Below are positions 1-13,745 of a stretch of DNA of 64,000 bases, one piece after another; positions within the stretch are counted from its first letter, which is position 1, and the number at the start of each line of letters is the position of its first letter. The notes beneath the pieces are model-generated. The model was given only the letters and a program-made list of their open reading frames with translations, was not told where the DNA came from and did no database searches. Both the position numbers and the translations under genes were made by a program. Source of the stretch: Actinomycetes bacterium (lineage in GTDB: Bacteria; Actinomycetota; Actinomycetes; JBBQFP01); contig JBBQFP010000010.1 in the NCBI GenBank assembly GCA_038322045.1, positions 6,506-70,505 on the forward strand. Direction: 5' to 3'.

Positions 1-2177
<2,177 letters not shown>

Positions 2178-2224
2178 GATTTCCTACTTTCGGCTTGGGC
2201 GCTGAAGTGCACTCGTGCTCATGT

Positions 2225-2275
2225 CCCGCTCCGGGTGCGCCCCGCCCGAGAGGGGCGTGGCGCACCGGGAGCGGG
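2225..2275. other. Long GC-rich hairpin between rpoB and rpoC
   Basis: Imperfect inverted repeat CCCGCTCC-G-GGTGCGCC...GGCGCACC-G-GGAGCGGG; no U-tract. Confidence 0.6.
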
Positions 2276-2278
2276 CTC

Positions 2279-5200
2279 TCAGACCTCGTCGACGCTGCTG
2301 GGCTCTCGCCGAGACAGGTCGATGCCGAGCTCCTCCGCTGCACGGAAGACGTCCTCGTCGCTGTCACGCATCTCGATGGACATGCCGTCGCTGGAGAGCA
2401 CCTCGACGTTGAGGCACAGCGACTGCATCTCCTTGATGAGCACCTTGAACGACTCAGGGATGCCGGGCTCGGGGATGTTCTCGCCCTTGACGATCGCCTC
2501 GTAGACCTTGACCCGGCCCAGGACGTCGTCGGACTTGATGGTGAGCAGCTCCTGGAGCGCGTAGGAGGCGCCGTAGGCCTCGAGGGCCCACACCTCCATC
2601 TCGCCGAAGCGCTGACCACCGAACTGAGCCTTACCACCGAGGGGCTGCTGGGTGATCATCGAGTACGGACCCGTCGACCGAGCGTGGATCTTGTCGTCGA
2701 CGAGGTGGTGAAGCTTGAGGATGTAGATGTAGCCGACCGAGACCGGCGCAGTGAACGGCTCGCCGGAGCGGCCGTCGAAGAGCTGCGCCTTGCCCGTGCC
2801 GTTGATGAGCTGCACGCCGTCTCGGGTCGGGAGGGTCGAGGCCAGCAGGCCGGTGATCTCCTCCTCGCTCGCGCCGTCGAACACCGGGGTGGCGACGTTC
2901 GTGCCGGGGTCGCCGACGTCGGCGCCGATCTCGCGCAGACCGGTCTTCCAGGACGCGTCGTCGCCCTCGACCTTCCACCCCGTCTTGGCGATCCACCCGA
3001 GGTGGGTCTCGAGCACCTGGCCGACGTTCATGCGCCCGGGCACGCCGAGGGGGTTGAGGACGATGTCGACCGGCGTCCCGTCCTCGAGGAACGGCATGTC
3101 CTCCTGCGGGAGGATCTTGGAGATGACGCCCTTGTTGCCGTGACGACCGGCGAGCTTGTCGCCGTCGGTGATCTTGCGCTTCTGGGCGACGTAGACCCGG
3201 ACGAGCTGGTTGACGCCCGGCGGCAGCTCGAAGCCCTCGTCGCGGTCGAAGACCTTGACGCCGATGATCTTGCCGGACTCCCCGTGCGGCACCTTGAGGG
3301 AGGTGTCGCGGACCTCGCGGGCCTTCTCCCCGAAGATCGCGCGCAGCAGCCGCTCCTCGGGGGTCAGCTCGGTCTCGCCCTTGGGCGTGACCTTGCCGAC
3401 GAGGATGTCCCCAGGAACGACGTCGGCGCCGACCCGGATGATGCCGCGCTCGTCGAGGTCGGCGAGGACCTCCTCGGAGACGTTGGGGATGTCCCGGGTG
3501 ATCTCCTCCGGGCCGAGCTTGGTGTCGCGGGCGTCGACCTCGTGCTCCTCGATGTGGATCGAGGAGAGGACGTCGTCCTGGACGAGGCGCTGCGAGAGGA
3601 TGATCGCGTCCTCGTAGTTGTGGCCCTCCCACGGCATGAACGCCACGAGGAGGTTCTTGCCGAGCGCCATCTCGCCCTTGTCGGTGCACGGGCCGTCGGC
3701 GATGACCTGGCCCTGCTCGACCCGCTGGCCCTCCTCGACGATGACCTTCTGGTTGAAGCCGGTGCCCTGGTTGGAGCGACGGAACTTCGCGATCCGGTAC
3801 GTCGAGTAGGTGCCGTCGTCGTTCATCACCGTGACGAGGTCGGCAGAGGCCTCCTGGACCACGCCGCCCTTCTCCGAGATGACGACGTCGCCGGCGTCGA
3901 CGGCGGCGCGGTACTCCATGCCGGTGCCGACGAGAGGGGCCTCGCCGCGCAGCAGCGGGACGGACTGACGCTGCATGTTCGAGCCCATGAGGGCGCGGTT
4001 CGCGTCGTCGTGCTCGAGGAACGGGATCATGGCCGTGGCCACGGAGACCATCTGCCGCGGCGAGACGTCCATGTAGTCGACGTCGGCGCCCGGCACGTAG
4101 TCGACCTCGCCGCCCTTGGTGCGCACGAGCACGCGGTCCTCGGCGAAGCGGCCGTCAGCGGTCAGCGGCGCGTTGGCCTGGGCGATGACGTGCTCGTCCT
4201 CCTCGTCCGCGGTGAGGTAGGCGATCTCGTCGGTGACGAGGTCGCCCTGGACCCTGCGGTACGGGGTCTCGACGAAGCCGAAGGCGTTGATCCGCGCGTA
4301 GGTCGACAGCGACCCGATGAGGCCGATGTTGGGACCCTCGGGCGTCTCGATCGGGCACATGCGTCCGTAGTGCGAGGGGTGGACGTCACGGACCTCGAAC
4401 CCGGCCCGCTCACGGGACAGACCGCCAGGGCCCAGCGCCGAGAGCCGACGCTTGTGCGTCAGACCGGCGAGGGGGTTGGTCTGGTCCATGAACTGGGACA
4501 GCTGGCTGGTGCCGAAGAACTCCTTGATGGAGGCGACGACGGGCCGGATGTTGATGAGGGTCTGCGGCGTGATCGCCTCGACGTCCTGCGTGGTCATCCG
4601 CTCGCGCACGACGCGCTCCATCCGCGACAGGCCCGTGCGGACCTGGTTCTGGATGAGCTCGCCGACGCTGCGCAGGCGACGGTTGCCGAAGTGGTCGATG
4701 TCGTCGGCGGAGACCTTGACACTGCCACCGGACTGGGTCGGCATGTCCTCCAGGCTGGCGTGCAGGCGCACGATGTAGCGGATCGCCTCGACGACGTCGT
4801 CGAGGGTCAGGACGCTCTGGTCGATGTCGAGCCCGACGCCCAGCTTCTTGTTGATCTTGTACCGGCCGACCTTGGCGAGGTCGTAGCGCTTGGGGTTGAA
4901 GTACAGGTTGTTCAGCGTGGTCTGCGCGGCCTCGAGGGTCGGCGGCTCACCGGGGCGGTACTTCTTGTAGATGTCGAGCAGCGCGTCGTTCTGCGTCGTG
5001 ATGTGGTCCTTATCCAACGTCGCGCGCATCGACTCGAACTCGCCGAACTCCTCGAGGATCTTGGCGTCGTCCCAGCCGAGGGCCTTGAGGAGGATGGTCA
5101 CGCTCTGCTTGCGCTTGCGGTCGATGCGGACGCCGACCATGTCGCGCTTGTCGATCTCGAACTCGAGCCATGCCCCACGCGAGGGGATGACCTTCGCGTT

Positions 5201-5803
5201 GAAGATGTCCTTGTCGGAGGTCTTGTCGACCTGCTTGTCGAAGTAGACGCCGGGAGAACGGACGAGCTGGGAGACGACCACCCGCTCGGTGCCGTTGATG
5301 ATGAAGGTGCCCTTGGTCGTCATGAGCGGGAAGTCGCCCATGAACACCGTCTGGCTCTTGATCTCGCCGGTGGTGTTGTTCGTGAACTCAGCCGTGACGA
5401 ACAGCGGCGCGGCATAGGTGATGTCGCGCTCCTTGCACTCGTCGATCGAGTACTTGGGCGGCTCGAACCGGTGGTCGTGGAACGACAGGGACATCGAGCC
5501 CGAGAAGTCCTCGATCGGGCTGATCTCCTCGAAGATCTCCTCGAGGCCGGACGTCGCAGGGACGTCGCGACGCCCCGCAGCCGTGGCCTCGGCGACCCTC
5601 GCCTTCCACGCCGCGTTGCCGAGGAGCCAGTCGAAGCTCTCGGTCTGCAGGGCGAGGAGGTTGGGAACCTCGAGGGGTTCGCGGATCTTGGCGAACGAGA
5701 CGCGGCGCGGAGCGGTGCTGCTCGCGCTGATGGTGCTGGTCGGGCTGGTGCTGCTGGTGATGGTGCTGACGCTGTTGCCGGAAGCATTGCGCGAGGCGGC
5801 CAA
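2279..5803 (-). CDS. rpoB: RNA polymerase beta subunit
   Basis: Motifs [55 protein letters not shown]; TTG start at 5803 chosen after GGAAGGA ribosome-binding site. Confidence 0.99.
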   Translation of the reverse strand: MAASRNASGNSVSTITSSTSPTSTISASSTAPRRVSFAKIREPLEVPNLLALQTESFDWLLGNAAWKARVAEATAAGRRDVPATSGLEEIFEEISPIEDFSGSMSLSFHDHRFEPPKYSIDECKERDITYAAPLFVTAEFTNNTTGEIKSQTVFMGDFPLMTTKGTFIINGTERVVVSQLVRSPGVYFDKQVDKTSDKDIFNAKVIPSRGAWLEFEIDKRDMVGVRIDRKRKQSVTILLKALGWDDAKILEEFGEFESMRATLDKDHITTQNDALLDIYKKYRPGEPPTLEAAQTTLNNLYFNPKRYDLAKVGRYKINKKLGVGLDIDQSVLTLDDVVEAIRYIVRLHASLEDMPTQSGGSVKVSADDIDHFGNRRLRSVGELIQNQVRTGLSRMERVVRERMTTQDVEAITPQTLINIRPVVASIKEFFGTSQLSQFMDQTNPLAGLTHKRRLSALGPGGLSRERAGFEVRDVHPSHYGRMCPIETPEGPNIGLIGSLSTYARINAFGFVETPYRRVQGDLVTDEIAYLTADEEDEHVIAQANAPLTADGRFAEDRVLVRTKGGEVDYVPGADVDYMDVSPRQMVSVATAMIPFLEHDDANRALMGSNMQRQSVPLLRGEAPLVGTGMEYRAAVDAGDVVISEKGGVVQEASADLVTVMNDDGTYSTYRIAKFRRSNQGTGFNQKVIVEEGQRVEQGQVIADGPCTDKGEMALGKNLLVAFMPWEGHNYEDAIILSQRLVQDDVLSSIHIEEHEVDARDTKLGPEEITRDIPNVSEEVLADLDERGIIRVGADVVPGDILVGKVTPKGETELTPEERLLRAIFGEKAREVRDTSLKVPHGESGKIIGVKVFDRDEGFELPPGVNQLVRVYVAQKRKITDGDKLAGRHGNKGVISKILPQEDMPFLEDGTPVDIVLNPLGVPGRMNVGQVLETHLGWIAKTGWKVEGDDASWKTGLREIGADVGDPGTNVATPVFDGASEEEITGLLASTLPTRDGVQLINGTGKAQLFDGRSGEPFTAPVSVGYIYILKLHHLVDDKIHARSTGPYSMITQQPLGGKAQFGGQRFGEMEVWALEAYGASYALQELLTIKSDDVLGRVKVYEAIVKGENIPEPGIPESFKVLIKEMQSLCLNVEVLSSDGMSIEMRDSDEDVFRAAEELGIDLSRREPSSVDEV

Positions 5804-5896
5804 GAGGGGTCCTTCCGAGGGCACGCGGACTCATGCGCGCGCATGCCGAGGCCGCTCCACCGAAGTGAGAGCAGGTCATGGGCAGCGCAAAGAGCC

Positions 5897-5925
5897 AGCG
5901 TACCGGGGGGACCCCGCGCTGTCTA
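5897..5925 (-). promoter_or_regulatory. SigA-type promoter of rpoB
   Basis: Minus strand TAGACA-17 bp-TACGCT. Confidence 0.65.
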
Positions 5926-6096
5926 GTGGCTGGGCAGCACCCAGCGGATGACTCTTCTGCTCGAAGCATCCATCGACCCGAGGATCTCCCCCGCAGGCCC
6001 GTCCGTCAAGCATCCGAGTGGGTGGCGCGGGCCACCTCTTCGCGTCGTGGCACGTCGCTGAGCTCTGCCGCACGCCTGCGCCGAGCCGGCGGGGAA

Positions 6097-6141
6097 GGCC
6101 GAAGGGCGCCCACCCGAGGTCCGGGTGGCCGCCCTTCGGCC
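6097..6141 (-). terminator. Hairpin terminator after rplL
   Basis: GGCCGAAGGGCG-C-CCACCCG / CGGGTGG-C-CGCCCTTCGGCC inverted repeat about 30 bp past the stop. Confidence 0.65.
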
Positions 6142-6171
6142 GAGCTGAGTGCGAGGTGCCGCGTGCGGGTG

Positions 6172-6558
6172 CTACTTGAGGGTGACGGTGGCGCCGGCGC
6201 CCTCGAGGGCCGCCTTCGCCTTCTCGGCGGTCTCCTTGTTGACCTTCTCGAGGACGGCCTTGGGGGTGCCGTCGACGAGGTCCTTGGCCTCCTTGAGGCC
6301 GAGGGAGGTCAGCGTGCGGACCTCCTTGATGACCTGGATCTTCTTTTCGCCGGCGGCCTCGAGGATGACATCGAACTCGTCCTGCTCCTCAGGGGCAGCG
6401 GCCTCGCCGGCGCCGGCGCCAGCGGGGGCGCCCACGGCGACCGGGGCGGCCGCGGTGACGCCGAACGTGTCCTCGAAAAGCTTCACGAATTCGGAGAGCT
6501 CGATGAGAGTCATCTCCTTGAAGGACTCGAGGAGCTCCTCAGTGGTGACCTTCGCCAT
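6172..6558 (-). CDS. rplL: 50S ribosomal protein L7/L12
   Basis: [29 protein letters not shown]...KIQVIKEVR...GLKEAKDLV; start trimmed to ATG 6558. Confidence 0.98.
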   Translation of the reverse strand: MAKVTTEELLESFKEMTLIELSEFVKLFEDTFGVTAAAPVAVGAPAGAGAGEAAAPEEQDEFDVILEAAGEKKIQVIKEVRTLTSLGLKEAKDLVDGTPKAVLEKVNKETAEKAKAALEGAGATVTLK

Positions 6559-6664
6559 GGTGGCGTTCCTTCCTGGTTCTTCACGGGCGTGCCGCCCGGG
6601 GGCAACACATGCGGGGTGGAAATACGGTGGCGCAGTCCGGACGGGCGTCGGCTGCGCCGCGTGG

Positions 6665-7267
6665 TCAGCCCTCGGTGGGAGCGGCCTCTGCCTCGGCGTC
6701 GTCGGTGCTCTCGGCGACCGGCTCCGCATCGTCGGTGGCAACCGAGGACGGGTCGGCCTCGACCTTGGCACGCAGCGCCTCGATGAGGCGAGCGGTCTGG
6801 GCGAGCGGAGCGATGAACAGCGCCGCAGCGCCGGCCAGGGAGGCGGTCATCGCGCCCGCGAGCTTGGCGAGCAGGACGTCGCGCGACTCGAGGTCTGCCA
6901 GTGCCCGGATCTCGTCGGCGGACATCGCCTTGCCGTCGAGGACACCGCCCTTGATGACGAGCAGCGGGTGCGCCTTGGCGAAGTCGCGCAGGCCCTTGGC
7001 TGCCGAGACCGGGTCGCCGGTGACGAACGCGATGGCCGAGGGGCCGGTGAGCAGCCCGTCGAAGGCATCGACGCCGGCGTTCTTCGCGGCGATCGAGGTG
7101 AGGGTGTTCTTGACCACGGCATACGTGGTCTCGGTGCCCAGCGACCGACGCAGCTCTTTGAGCTGGGCGACCGTGAGCCCGCGGTACTCGGTGAGCACGG
7201 CGGCGTTCGAGGTGCGGAACGCCTCCGCGAGCTCGGCGACCGCAGCCGCCTTGTCAGGCCGTGCCAT
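6665..7267 (-). CDS. rplJ: 50S ribosomal protein L10 with acidic C-terminal tail
   Basis: [13 protein letters not shown]...[15 protein letters not shown]...VVKNTL; start trimmed to ATG 7267 after GGAGG. Confidence 0.98.
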   Translation of the reverse strand: MARPDKAAAVAELAEAFRTSNAAVLTEYRGLTVAQLKELRRSLGTETTYAVVKNTLTSIAAKNAGVDAFDGLLTGPSAIAFVTGDPVSAAKGLRDFAKAHPLLVIKGGVLDGKAMSADEIRALADLESRDVLLAKLAGAMTASLAGAAALFIAPLAQTARLIEALRAKVEADPSSVATDDAEPVAESTDDAEAEAAPTEG

Positions 7268-7314
7268 GGGCCTCCTTCCGGGTGGTGCGCCGGACGACGA
7301 AGGCCCTGACATGA

Positions 7315-7452
7315 CGAACGCCCCGGCGCAGGGCACCAGGGCGGAAGGACGGCGGACCGTCCGACGATCAAGGGCACCTACGCGGGTCGCCCGCAGCTGC
7401 GGGGCCTTCGGACGACGAGCGAGGAGGCTCGACGACGACCGGCGGTCTGTGG
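7315..7452 (-). promoter_or_regulatory. Probable L10 leader (autogenous control element)
   Basis: About 190-nt leader of rplJ with AGACCGCCGGT...ACCCGCGTAGG and a distal hairpin; -10 TACCCT at 7460-7465. Boundaries approximate. Confidence 0.55.
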
Positions 7453-7516
7453 CATGCCCAGGGTAGGCGGTTCGCGGCCGACCCGTCCAATCGCCGGGCA
7501 CGCCGCCCCCGACGAG

Positions 7517-7548
7517 GACGACCCCCGCCCACAGGGGCGAGGGTCGTC
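7517..7548 (-). terminator. Hairpin after rplA
   Basis: GACGACCC-C-CGCCC / GGGCG-A-GGGTCGTC inverted repeat just past the stop. Confidence 0.6.
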
Positions 7549-7562
7549 GGGAGATCGAGGGC

Positions 7563-8279
7563 TCAGGCCTCGGTCGTCTCCTCGAGGAGGTTGCGCACCT
7601 TGTTCGGGTCGACGGGGATACCCGGACCCATCGTCGTCGCGAAGGTGGTCTTGCGGACGTATCGGCCCTTGGACGACGCCGGCTTGGCGCGGAGCACCTC
7701 GTCGATGGCTGCAGCGTAGTTCTCGACGAGGGCAGTCTCGGGGAAGGACGTCTTTCCGATGACGAAGTGGAGGTTCGCGTGCCGGTCGACCCGGAACTCG
7801 ATCTTCCCGCCCTTGATCTCGGTGACGGCCTTGGCGACGTCGTTGGTCACCGTGCCGGTCTTGGGATTGGGCATGAGCCCGCGCGGGCCGAGCACCTTGC
7901 CGAGCCGGCCGACCTTGCCCATGAGGTCCGGCGTCGCGACGGCGGCGTCGAAGTCGAGGAACCCACCCTGGACCCGCTCGATGAGCTCGTCGCCACCGAC
8001 GATGTCAGCGCCGGCCGCGGTCGCCTGCTCGGCGCGCTCACCGGTCGCGAAGACGAGGACGCGGGCGGTCTTGCCGGTGCCGTGGGGCAGGTTGACCGTG
8101 CTGCGAACCATCTGGTCAGCCTTGCGCGGGTCGACGCCAAGGCGGAGGGCGACCTCGACCGTCGCGTCGTACTTCGTCGTCGAGGTCTCCTTGGCCAGGC
8201 GGACGGCCTCGAGCGGGCTGTAGAGCCGCTCGGCGTCAATCTTCCCCGCTGCGTCGCGGTAGCCCTTGCTGCGCTTCAT
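7563..8279 (-). CDS. rplA: 50S ribosomal protein L1
   Basis: [36 protein letters not shown]; ATG at 8279. Confidence 0.98.
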   Translation of the reverse strand: MKRSKGYRDAAGKIDAERLYSPLEAVRLAKETSTTKYDATVEVALRLGVDPRKADQMVRSTVNLPHGTGKTARVLVFATGERAEQATAAGADIVGGDELIERVQGGFLDFDAAVATPDLMGKVGRLGKVLGPRGLMPNPKTGTVTNDVAKAVTEIKGGKIEFRVDRHANLHFVIGKTSFPETALVENYAAAIDEVLRAKPASSKGRYVRKTTFATTMGPGIPVDPNKVRNLLEETTEA

Positions 8280-8310
8280 GTCGTGCTCCCTGAGGTGATC
8301 GTCGGAAGTC

Positions 8311-8342
8311 GTGGTCGGTCGGGCCGCGCCGGGCCCTCCCAC
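8311..8342 (-). promoter_or_regulatory. Probable L1-binding mRNA element upstream of rplA
   Basis: Minus strand GTGG-GAG-GGCC-loop-GGCC-CGACCGA-CCAC: two short stems around an asymmetric internal loop, like L1 target sites. Confidence 0.5.
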
Positions 8343-8388
8343 GGGGCAGCCCGCCCGGTCCGGGCGGTGCTGGTCGTGCCTGTGGCGG

Positions 8389-8823
8389 TCAGTCCTTGAC
8401 GGTGATGCCCATCGAGCGCGCCGTGCCGGCGATGATCTTCTCGGCCTCGTCGAGGTCGTTGGCGTTGAGGTCTGCCATCTTCGTCGTGGCGATCTCGCGG
8501 ACCTGGGCCCGGGTGAGCGTGGCCACCTTGGTCGTGTGCGGCGTGCCGCTGCCCTTGGCGACGCCGGCCGCCTTCTTGAGCAGCTCGGCGGCGGGGGGCG
8601 TCTTCGTGACGAAGGTGAACGAGCGGTCCTCGTAGACGGAGATCTCCACGGGGACGACGTCGCCGCGCTGAGCCTCGGTCGCAGCGTTGTAGGCCTTGCA
8701 GAACTCCATGATGTTGACGCCGTGCTGGCCCAGGGCCGGGCCGACCGGCGGGGCGGGCGTCGCGGCGCCGGCCTTGATCTGCAGCTTGATGACCGCAGTG
8801 AGCTTCTTCTTCTTGGGGGGCAT
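8389..8823 (-). CDS. rplK: 50S ribosomal protein L11
   Basis: [35 protein letters not shown]. Confidence 0.99.
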   Translation of the reverse strand: MPPKKKKLTAVIKLQIKAGAATPAPPVGPALGQHGVNIMEFCKAYNAATEAQRGDVVPVEISVYEDRSFTFVTKTPPAAELLKKAAGVAKGSGTPHTTKVATLTRAQVREIATTKMADLNANDLDEAEKIIAGTARSMGITVKD

Positions 8824-8887
8824 GCGAGCGGGTCCTTCTCGAGCGGGTGGGTGGGACGGGCGGGTCCGGAGAGATCGGTGCCGGCGG

Positions 8888-9709
8888 TCAGTTCTTCTGG
8901 ATCTGGTTGAACGACAGCTCGACCGGCGTCTCGCGGCCGAAGATCTCCACCAGTCCCTTGATCTTCTGGGAGTCGGGGTTGATCTCCTGGATCGTCATCT
9001 GGAGGGTGGCGAACGCGCCCTCGATGACGGTGACGGAGTCGCCGACCTCGAAGTCGAGGACCTTGACCTCAGAAGGCGCCTTGTCGGCGTGCTTCTCCTC
9101 GGGTGCGAGGATCTTGGCCACCTCGTCAAGGGTCAGCGGGAAGGGCTCGTGGGCGCTGCCGACGAACCCCGTGACGCCGGGGGTGTTGCGCACGGCGCTC
9201 CACGACTCGTTCGTGAGGTCCATGCGCACGAGGACGTACCCGGGGAACTTGTTGCGCTTGATGCGCTTGCGCTCCCCCTTCTTGATCTCGGTGACCTCCT
9301 CCTGAGGCACCTCGACCTGAAAGATGTGCTCCTCCATGTTGAGCGAGGACGTGCGGCTCTCGAGGTTGGCCTTGACCTTGTTCTCATAGCCCGCGTAGGA
9401 GTGGATGACGTACCACTCACCAGGGGCCCGCCGCAGCGCGTCGCGGAACTCCTGCGCCTCGTCGACCTGCTCGTCGTCCTGCACGGGGGCGCCAGCGAGC
9501 TCGGCGCGGGCCTGGCCCTCCTCGATGACGGACTCCGCCAGGTCGACCTCGGCCTGCTCGGCGTCGCTGCCGACCTCGACCTGCTCGGCGTCGGTCGCGA
9601 CCGCAGGGTGACCGGCCTCATCGACGAACAGCGCTCCGGCGTCCGCCCCGGTGTCGGAGCGGGTGCCGTCGACCGGGTCGTCGAGGTCGGTGTGCTGCGA
9701 GTCGGTCAC
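8888..9709 (-). CDS. nusG: Transcription factor NusG with acidic N-terminal extension
   Basis: [44 protein letters not shown]. Confidence 0.98.
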   Translation of the reverse strand: MTDSQHTDLDDPVDGTRSDTGADAGALFVDEAGHPAVATDAEQVEVGSDAEQAEVDLAESVIEEGQARAELAGAPVQDDEQVDEAQEFRDALRRAPGEWYVIHSYAGYENKVKANLESRTSSLNMEEHIFQVEVPQEEVTEIKKGERKRIKRNKFPGYVLVRMDLTNESWSAVRNTPGVTGFVGSAHEPFPLTLDEVAKILAPEEKHADKAPSEVKVLDFEVGDSVTVIEGAFATLQMTIQEINPDSQKIKGLVEIFGRETPVELSFNQIQKN

Positions 9710-9767
9710 GATGCTGGGTTCTCCTCAGGCAGGTGGGCGGGTGGGGCGGGGGCTCGTGCGCGCGGCG

Positions 9768-10022
9768 CTAGCCGAACACCCACAGCACGGCCCGGGTGAA
9801 GCCGTAGTCGAAGACCGAGACGATGGCGATGATCACCGCGACGAAGACGATGACGACGCTCGTGTACGTGATGAGCTCCTTGCGCGTCGGCACGATCACC
9901 TTGCGCAGCTCGGAGATCACCTGGCGGTAGAACAGCGCGAGGCGGGAGGGCAGGCCAGGACGCTCGACCTCGGCGCGCGAGCGCCGCTCGGGCACGGCGG
10001 GCGCGCCCTCGGTGTCCGTCAC
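9768..10022 (-). CDS. secE: Preprotein translocase SecE
   Basis: ELRKVIVPTRKEL plus one TM helix; between tRNA-Trp and nusG. Confidence 0.96.
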   Translation of the reverse strand: MTDTEGAPAVPERRSRAEVERPGLPSRLALFYRQVISELRKVIVPTRKELITYTSVVIVFVAVIIAIVSVFDYGFTRAVLWVFG

Positions 10023-10137
10023 TTCCAGTCCTTACCGGTCGTCGTGCCTGGACCGCCGGGCGTGTGCCCGGCCGGGTGGCCGCCGCCGTGCGGGCCGGCC
10101 CCGGGATCTGGGCTGACCCGCAGGCGTCGGGATGGAG

Positions 10138-10210
10138 CAGGGCAGGAGGGACTCGAACCCACAACCACCGGTTTTGGAGACCGGGACTCTGCCAATTGAG
10201 CTACTGCCCT
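10138..10210 (-). tRNA. tRNA-Trp (CCA)
   Basis: AGGGCAGTAGCTCAATTGGCAGAG...CTCCAAA...GGTTCGAGTCC...CTGCCCTG; 73-nt cloverleaf. Confidence 0.97.
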
Positions 10211-10213
10211 ACG

Positions 10214-10246
10214 CGTGCTGGTCGTGCTGGTCGTGCTGGTCGTGCT
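10214..10246. repeat. 9-bp tandem repeat (CGTGCTGGT x about 3.7) in tRNA-Trp leader
   Basis: Read directly. Confidence 0.9.
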
Positions 10247-10357
10247 CGGAGCATTCGACGGCGGGCGGCACCGTGAGCCCCGCCACGGCCGGGCTCCCGG
10301 TCGCGGACATGACTGCACGGCGGCGTACGTCACCGAGTCAGCAAGTGTAAGCGCAGC

Positions 10358-10410
10358 GGTCGGTGCTGGTCGAACCTGCCAGGTCGGTGCTGGTCGAACC
10401 TGCCGGTCGG
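10358..10410. repeat. 24-bp tandem duplication
   Basis: GGTCGGTGCTGGTCGAACCTGCC at 10358-10380 and 10382-10404, then GGTCGG. Confidence 0.9.
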
Positions 10411-10429
10411 GTGGTGCGACGATGCCGCC

Positions 10430-11635
10430 ATGAGCAGCCGCATCTCCGCCCGCGTCGGGTCCATCACCGAGTCGGCCACCCTCGCCGTCGACGCCCGAGC
10501 CAAGGCGCTCAAGGCCTCGGGGCACGACGTCATCGTGTTCGGCGCAGGTGAGCCGGACTTCCCGACCCCGGCCCCGATCGTCGAGGCCGCGGCAGCGGCG
10601 TGCCGCGACCCGCGGATGCACCGCTACTCCCCCGCCGGCGGCCTGCCCGAGCTCAAGGAGGCCGTCAGCGTCAAGACGCTGCGCGACTCCGGCTACGCCG
10701 TCTCGCCCAACCAGGTGCTTATCACCAACGGCGGGAAGCAGGCGCTCTACGAGGCCTTCGCCGCCCTGCTGGACCCGGGCGACGAGGTCCTCCTCCCCGC
10801 CCCCTACTGGACGACGTACCCCGAGTCGATCCGGCTGGCGGGCGGCGTCCCCATGGTCGTCCGCACCGACGAGTCGACGGGCTTCCGCGCCAGCGTCGCC
10901 GACCTCGAGGCGGCGCGCAGCCCTCGGACCAAGGCCCTTGTCTTCGTCTCGCCGTCGAACCCGACCGGGGCGGTCTACCCGCCCGAGCAAGTCGCCGAGA
11001 TCGGCCGCTGGGCCGCCGCTCACGACCTCTGGGTGATCACCGACGAGATCTACGAGCACCTCGTCTACGGTGACGCCCGCTTCTCCTCGATGCCCGTGCT
11101 CGTTCCCGAGCTCGCCGACCGTTGCGTCGTCGTCAACGGCGTCGCCAAGACCTACGCCATGACCGGATGGCGGGTCGGCTGGATGCTCGGGCCCAAGGAC
11201 GTCGTCACGGCAGCCACCAACCTCCAGTCGCACGCGACGTCCAACGTCGCCAACGTCTCGCAGGCCGCCGCGCTCGCGGCGCTCACCGGCGACCTGTCCG
11301 CCGTCGCGGCGATGCGTGCGGCCTTCGACCGGCGGCGGCGCACGATGACCGCCCTGCTCGACGCGATCCCCGGCGTCACCTGCCAGGAGCCCGAGGGCGC
11401 CTTCTACTGCTACCCCTCGGTGCGCGGGGTGCTGGGCACGAGCATCCGCGGCAGCCGGCCGACGACCTCGGCGCAGCTCGCCGAGCTCATCCTCGCGGAA
11501 GCCCTCGTGGCCGTCGTCCCCGGCGAGGCCTTCGGGACGCCGGGCTACCTGCGCCTGTCCTATGCGCTGGGCGACGACGAGCTGGCCGAGGGCGTCCGGC
11601 GGATCGGGGCGCTGCTCGGCGAGGCGACGGCCTGA
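10430..11635 (+). CDS. PLP-dependent class I aminotransferase (aspartate aminotransferase-like)
   Basis: [36 protein letters not shown]. Confidence 0.93.
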   Translation: MSSRISARVGSITESATLAVDARAKALKASGHDVIVFGAGEPDFPTPAPIVEAAAAACRDPRMHRYSPAGGLPELKEAVSVKTLRDSGYAVSPNQVLITNGGKQALYEAFAALLDPGDEVLLPAPYWTTYPESIRLAGGVPMVVRTDESTGFRASVADLEAARSPRTKALVFVSPSNPTGAVYPPEQVAEIGRWAAAHDLWVITDEIYEHLVYGDARFSSMPVLVPELADRCVVVNGVAKTYAMTGWRVGWMLGPKDVVTAATNLQSHATSNVANVSQAAALAALTGDLSAVAAMRAAFDRRRRTMTALLDAIPGVTCQEPEGAFYCYPSVRGVLGTSIRGSRPTTSAQLAELILAEALVAVVPGEAFGTPGYLRLSYALGDDELAEGVRRIGALLGEATA

Positions 11636-12699
11636 GCAGGTCGACGGCGGGGCTGCCCAAGGCGCACCTGCACCTGCACCTCACCGGCTCGATGCGCCCC
11701 AGCACCCTGCTCGAGCTCGCCGCGTCGCACGGGGTGCGGCTGCCCGAGGCACTGCGGACGGCGCACCCGCTGGACCTGCGTCCGGACGACGAGCGGGGCT
11801 GGTTCCGCTTCCAGCGGCTCTACGAGGCCGCCCGAGCCGTCATCCGCACGCCTTCAGACGTGCAACGGATCATCCTCGAGGCGGCCGAGGACGACGCCGC
11901 CGACGGGTCCGGCTGGCTCGAGCTGCAGGTCGACCCCTCGGGCTACGCCGCGCGGCTCGGGGGGCTCACCCGTGCGCTCGAGACGGTGCTCGAGGCGGCG
12001 GGACGAGCCAGCGCGATCACGGGCGTCGGCATCGGCATCGTCGTCGGGGCGAACCGCACGAAGCACCCGCTCGAGGCCCGAACGCTCGCCCGCCTGGCGG
12101 CGCGCTACTCCGGCTCGGGCGTCGTGGGCTTCGGCCTGGCCAACGACGAGCGGCGGGGAGCAACCAAGGACTTCGCCCCCGCTTTCGCCATCGCGCGGCG
12201 CGCCGGGCTCATGGCGGTACCCCACGGTGGTGAGCTGCTCGGCGCCGACAGCGTGCGGCAGTGCCTGGAGCTCCTCGGCGCCCGACGGGTCGGTCACGGC
12301 GTCGCGGCGGCGCAGGACCCGGCGCTGCTCGACCGGCTCGCCGCCGAGGGGGTGGCCCTCGAGGTGTGCCCGGCCTCGAACGTCGCCCTCGGCGTCTTCG
12401 CGACCCCTGCCGACGTGCCGTTGCGGCGGCTGTTCGCTGCGGAGGTGCCCATCGCCCTCGGCGCCGACGACCCCCTGCTCTTCGGCTCGCGGCTGGCCGA
12501 GCAGTACGAGTACGCCCGCGCCGTGCACGGGTTCGCCGACGCTGAGCTCGCCGCGCTCGCACGCTCCTCGGTGCTCGCGAGCCTCGCCCCCCAGGCGGTA
12601 CGCGACCGGTTGCTTCAGGGCATCGACCGGTGGCTCGCCGCGCCGGACGCGCCGGACGAGAAGCACGAGGGCCGGCGAGCAGCGGGCGAAGGCGGCTAG
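11632..12699 (+). CDS. add: Adenosine deaminase family protein (probable CTG start)
   Basis: [38 protein letters not shown]; start inferred at the CTG overlapping the upstream TGA. Confidence 0.88.
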   Translation: MSRSTAGLPKAHLHLHLTGSMRPSTLLELAASHGVRLPEALRTAHPLDLRPDDERGWFRFQRLYEAARAVIRTPSDVQRIILEAAEDDAADGSGWLELQVDPSGYAARLGGLTRALETVLEAAGRASAITGVGIGIVVGANRTKHPLEARTLARLAARYSGSGVVGFGLANDERRGATKDFAPAFAIARRAGLMAVPHGGELLGADSVRQCLELLGARRVGHGVAAAQDPALLDRLAAEGVALEVCPASNVALGVFATPADVPLRRLFAAEVPIALGADDPLLFGSRLAEQYEYARAVHGFADAELAALARSSVLASLAPQAVRDRLLQGIDRWLAAPDAPDEKHEGRRAAGEGG

Positions 12700-13745
12700 C
12701 GCGTCGCGGCCTCGAGCCGGCAGCCCACGAGCACCGGTTCGACCTCGAGCTCGACGCCGAACCGTCCGAGGACCGCGTCACGCACCTCGCGGGCCAGCGC
12801 CAGCAGCTCCGCCGTCGTCGCCCCGCCGGTGTTGGTCAAGGCCAGCGTGTGCTTGCTCGAGACGCGTGCGGCGCCGTTGCCGTGACCACGGCCGACGCCT
12901 GCAGCCTCGATGAGCCAGGCGGCGGGGACCTTCACCCGCCCGTCTGCCTGAGGGAACCGCGGTGCGCCGGTGGGCAACGCGTCGGCCTGCCGCCGCGAGA
13001 GCACCGGGTTGGTGAAGAACGAGCCGGCGCTGCGGGTGTCGGGGTCCTCGGCGTCGAGCACCATGCCCTTGATCCGTCGCAGCTCGAGCACGGCAGCGCG
13101 GACGTCGTCGAGCGGCGCCCGGCCGCCGACCTCGACGCCAAGCCGCCGCGCGAGCTCGGCGTACCGGACCGGACCGGACTGCGGCGACGCGACGAGGTCG
13201 AAGGACACCGCGAGGACCACGAATCGGTCGTCGTCCTTGAGCACGCTGCCTCGGTAGCGGAACCCGCACTCGGCAGGGGTGAGCTCGCGGGCGGCGTCGT
13301 CGTGCCGGTCGAGCACCCGCAGCGAGGAGATCGACTCGGCGACCTCCTGGCCGTAGGCGCCGACGTTCTGGACCGGGGTGGCGCCGACCGAGCCGGGGAT
13401 ACCGGCCAGGCACTCGAGGCCGGCCAGCCCACGCTGCACGGCACGGGTGACGAGCTCGTCCCACGGCTCTCCGGCCTGGACGACGAGCCGGACGCCGCCG
13501 TCGGGCGACGGCTCCTCGACGACCCCGCGGGAGGCGACGCGGACGACCGTGCCCGGGAACCCCTCGTCGGCGACGACGACGTTGCTGCCACCACCGAGCA
13601 CGAGCAGCGGAGCCCCTGCGGCGTCGGCCTCGCGCACCGCGGCGAGGACCTCGGCCTCGTCGCCCGCCGTGACGAGGACATCGGCCGGCCCGCCGACCCC
13701 GAGCGTGGTCAGCCCGGCCAGCGGCACGCCGGCGCGCACGCTCAC
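12696..13745 (-). CDS. murB: UDP-N-acetylenolpyruvoylglucosamine reductase
   Basis: LGGGSNVV, GIPGSVGATPVQNVGAYG, SAGSFFTNP, SSKHTLALTN, LEVEP. Confidence 0.96.
   Translation of the reverse strand: MSVRAGVPLAGLTTLGVGGPADVLVTAGDEAEVLAAVREADAAGAPLLVLGGGSNVVVADEGFPGTVVRVASRGVVEEPSPDGGVRLVVQAGEPWDELVTRAVQRGLAGLECLAGIPGSVGATPVQNVGAYGQEVAESISSLRVLDRHDDAARELTPAECGFRYRGSVLKDDDRFVVLAVSFDLVASPQSGPVRYAELARRLGVEVGGRAPLDDVRAAVLELRRIKGMVLDAEDPDTRSAGSFFTNPVLSRRQADALPTGAPRFPQADGRVKVPAAWLIEAAGVGRGHGNGAARVSSKHTLALTNTGGATTAELLALAREVRDAVLGRFGVELEVEPVLVGCRLEAATR

Noticed and set aside
4420-4520. Possible rifamycin-resistant rpoB allele
   Set aside because: The resistance-determining region keeps the sensitive residues (Q, D, H, S in [22 protein letters not shown]).
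9420-9709. Long acidic N-terminal extension on NusG
   Set aside because: A known general feature of actinobacterial NusG.
10214-10410. Repeats near tRNA-Trp as a CRISPR array
   Set aside because: Adjacent tandem copies with no unique spacers, and no cas genes.
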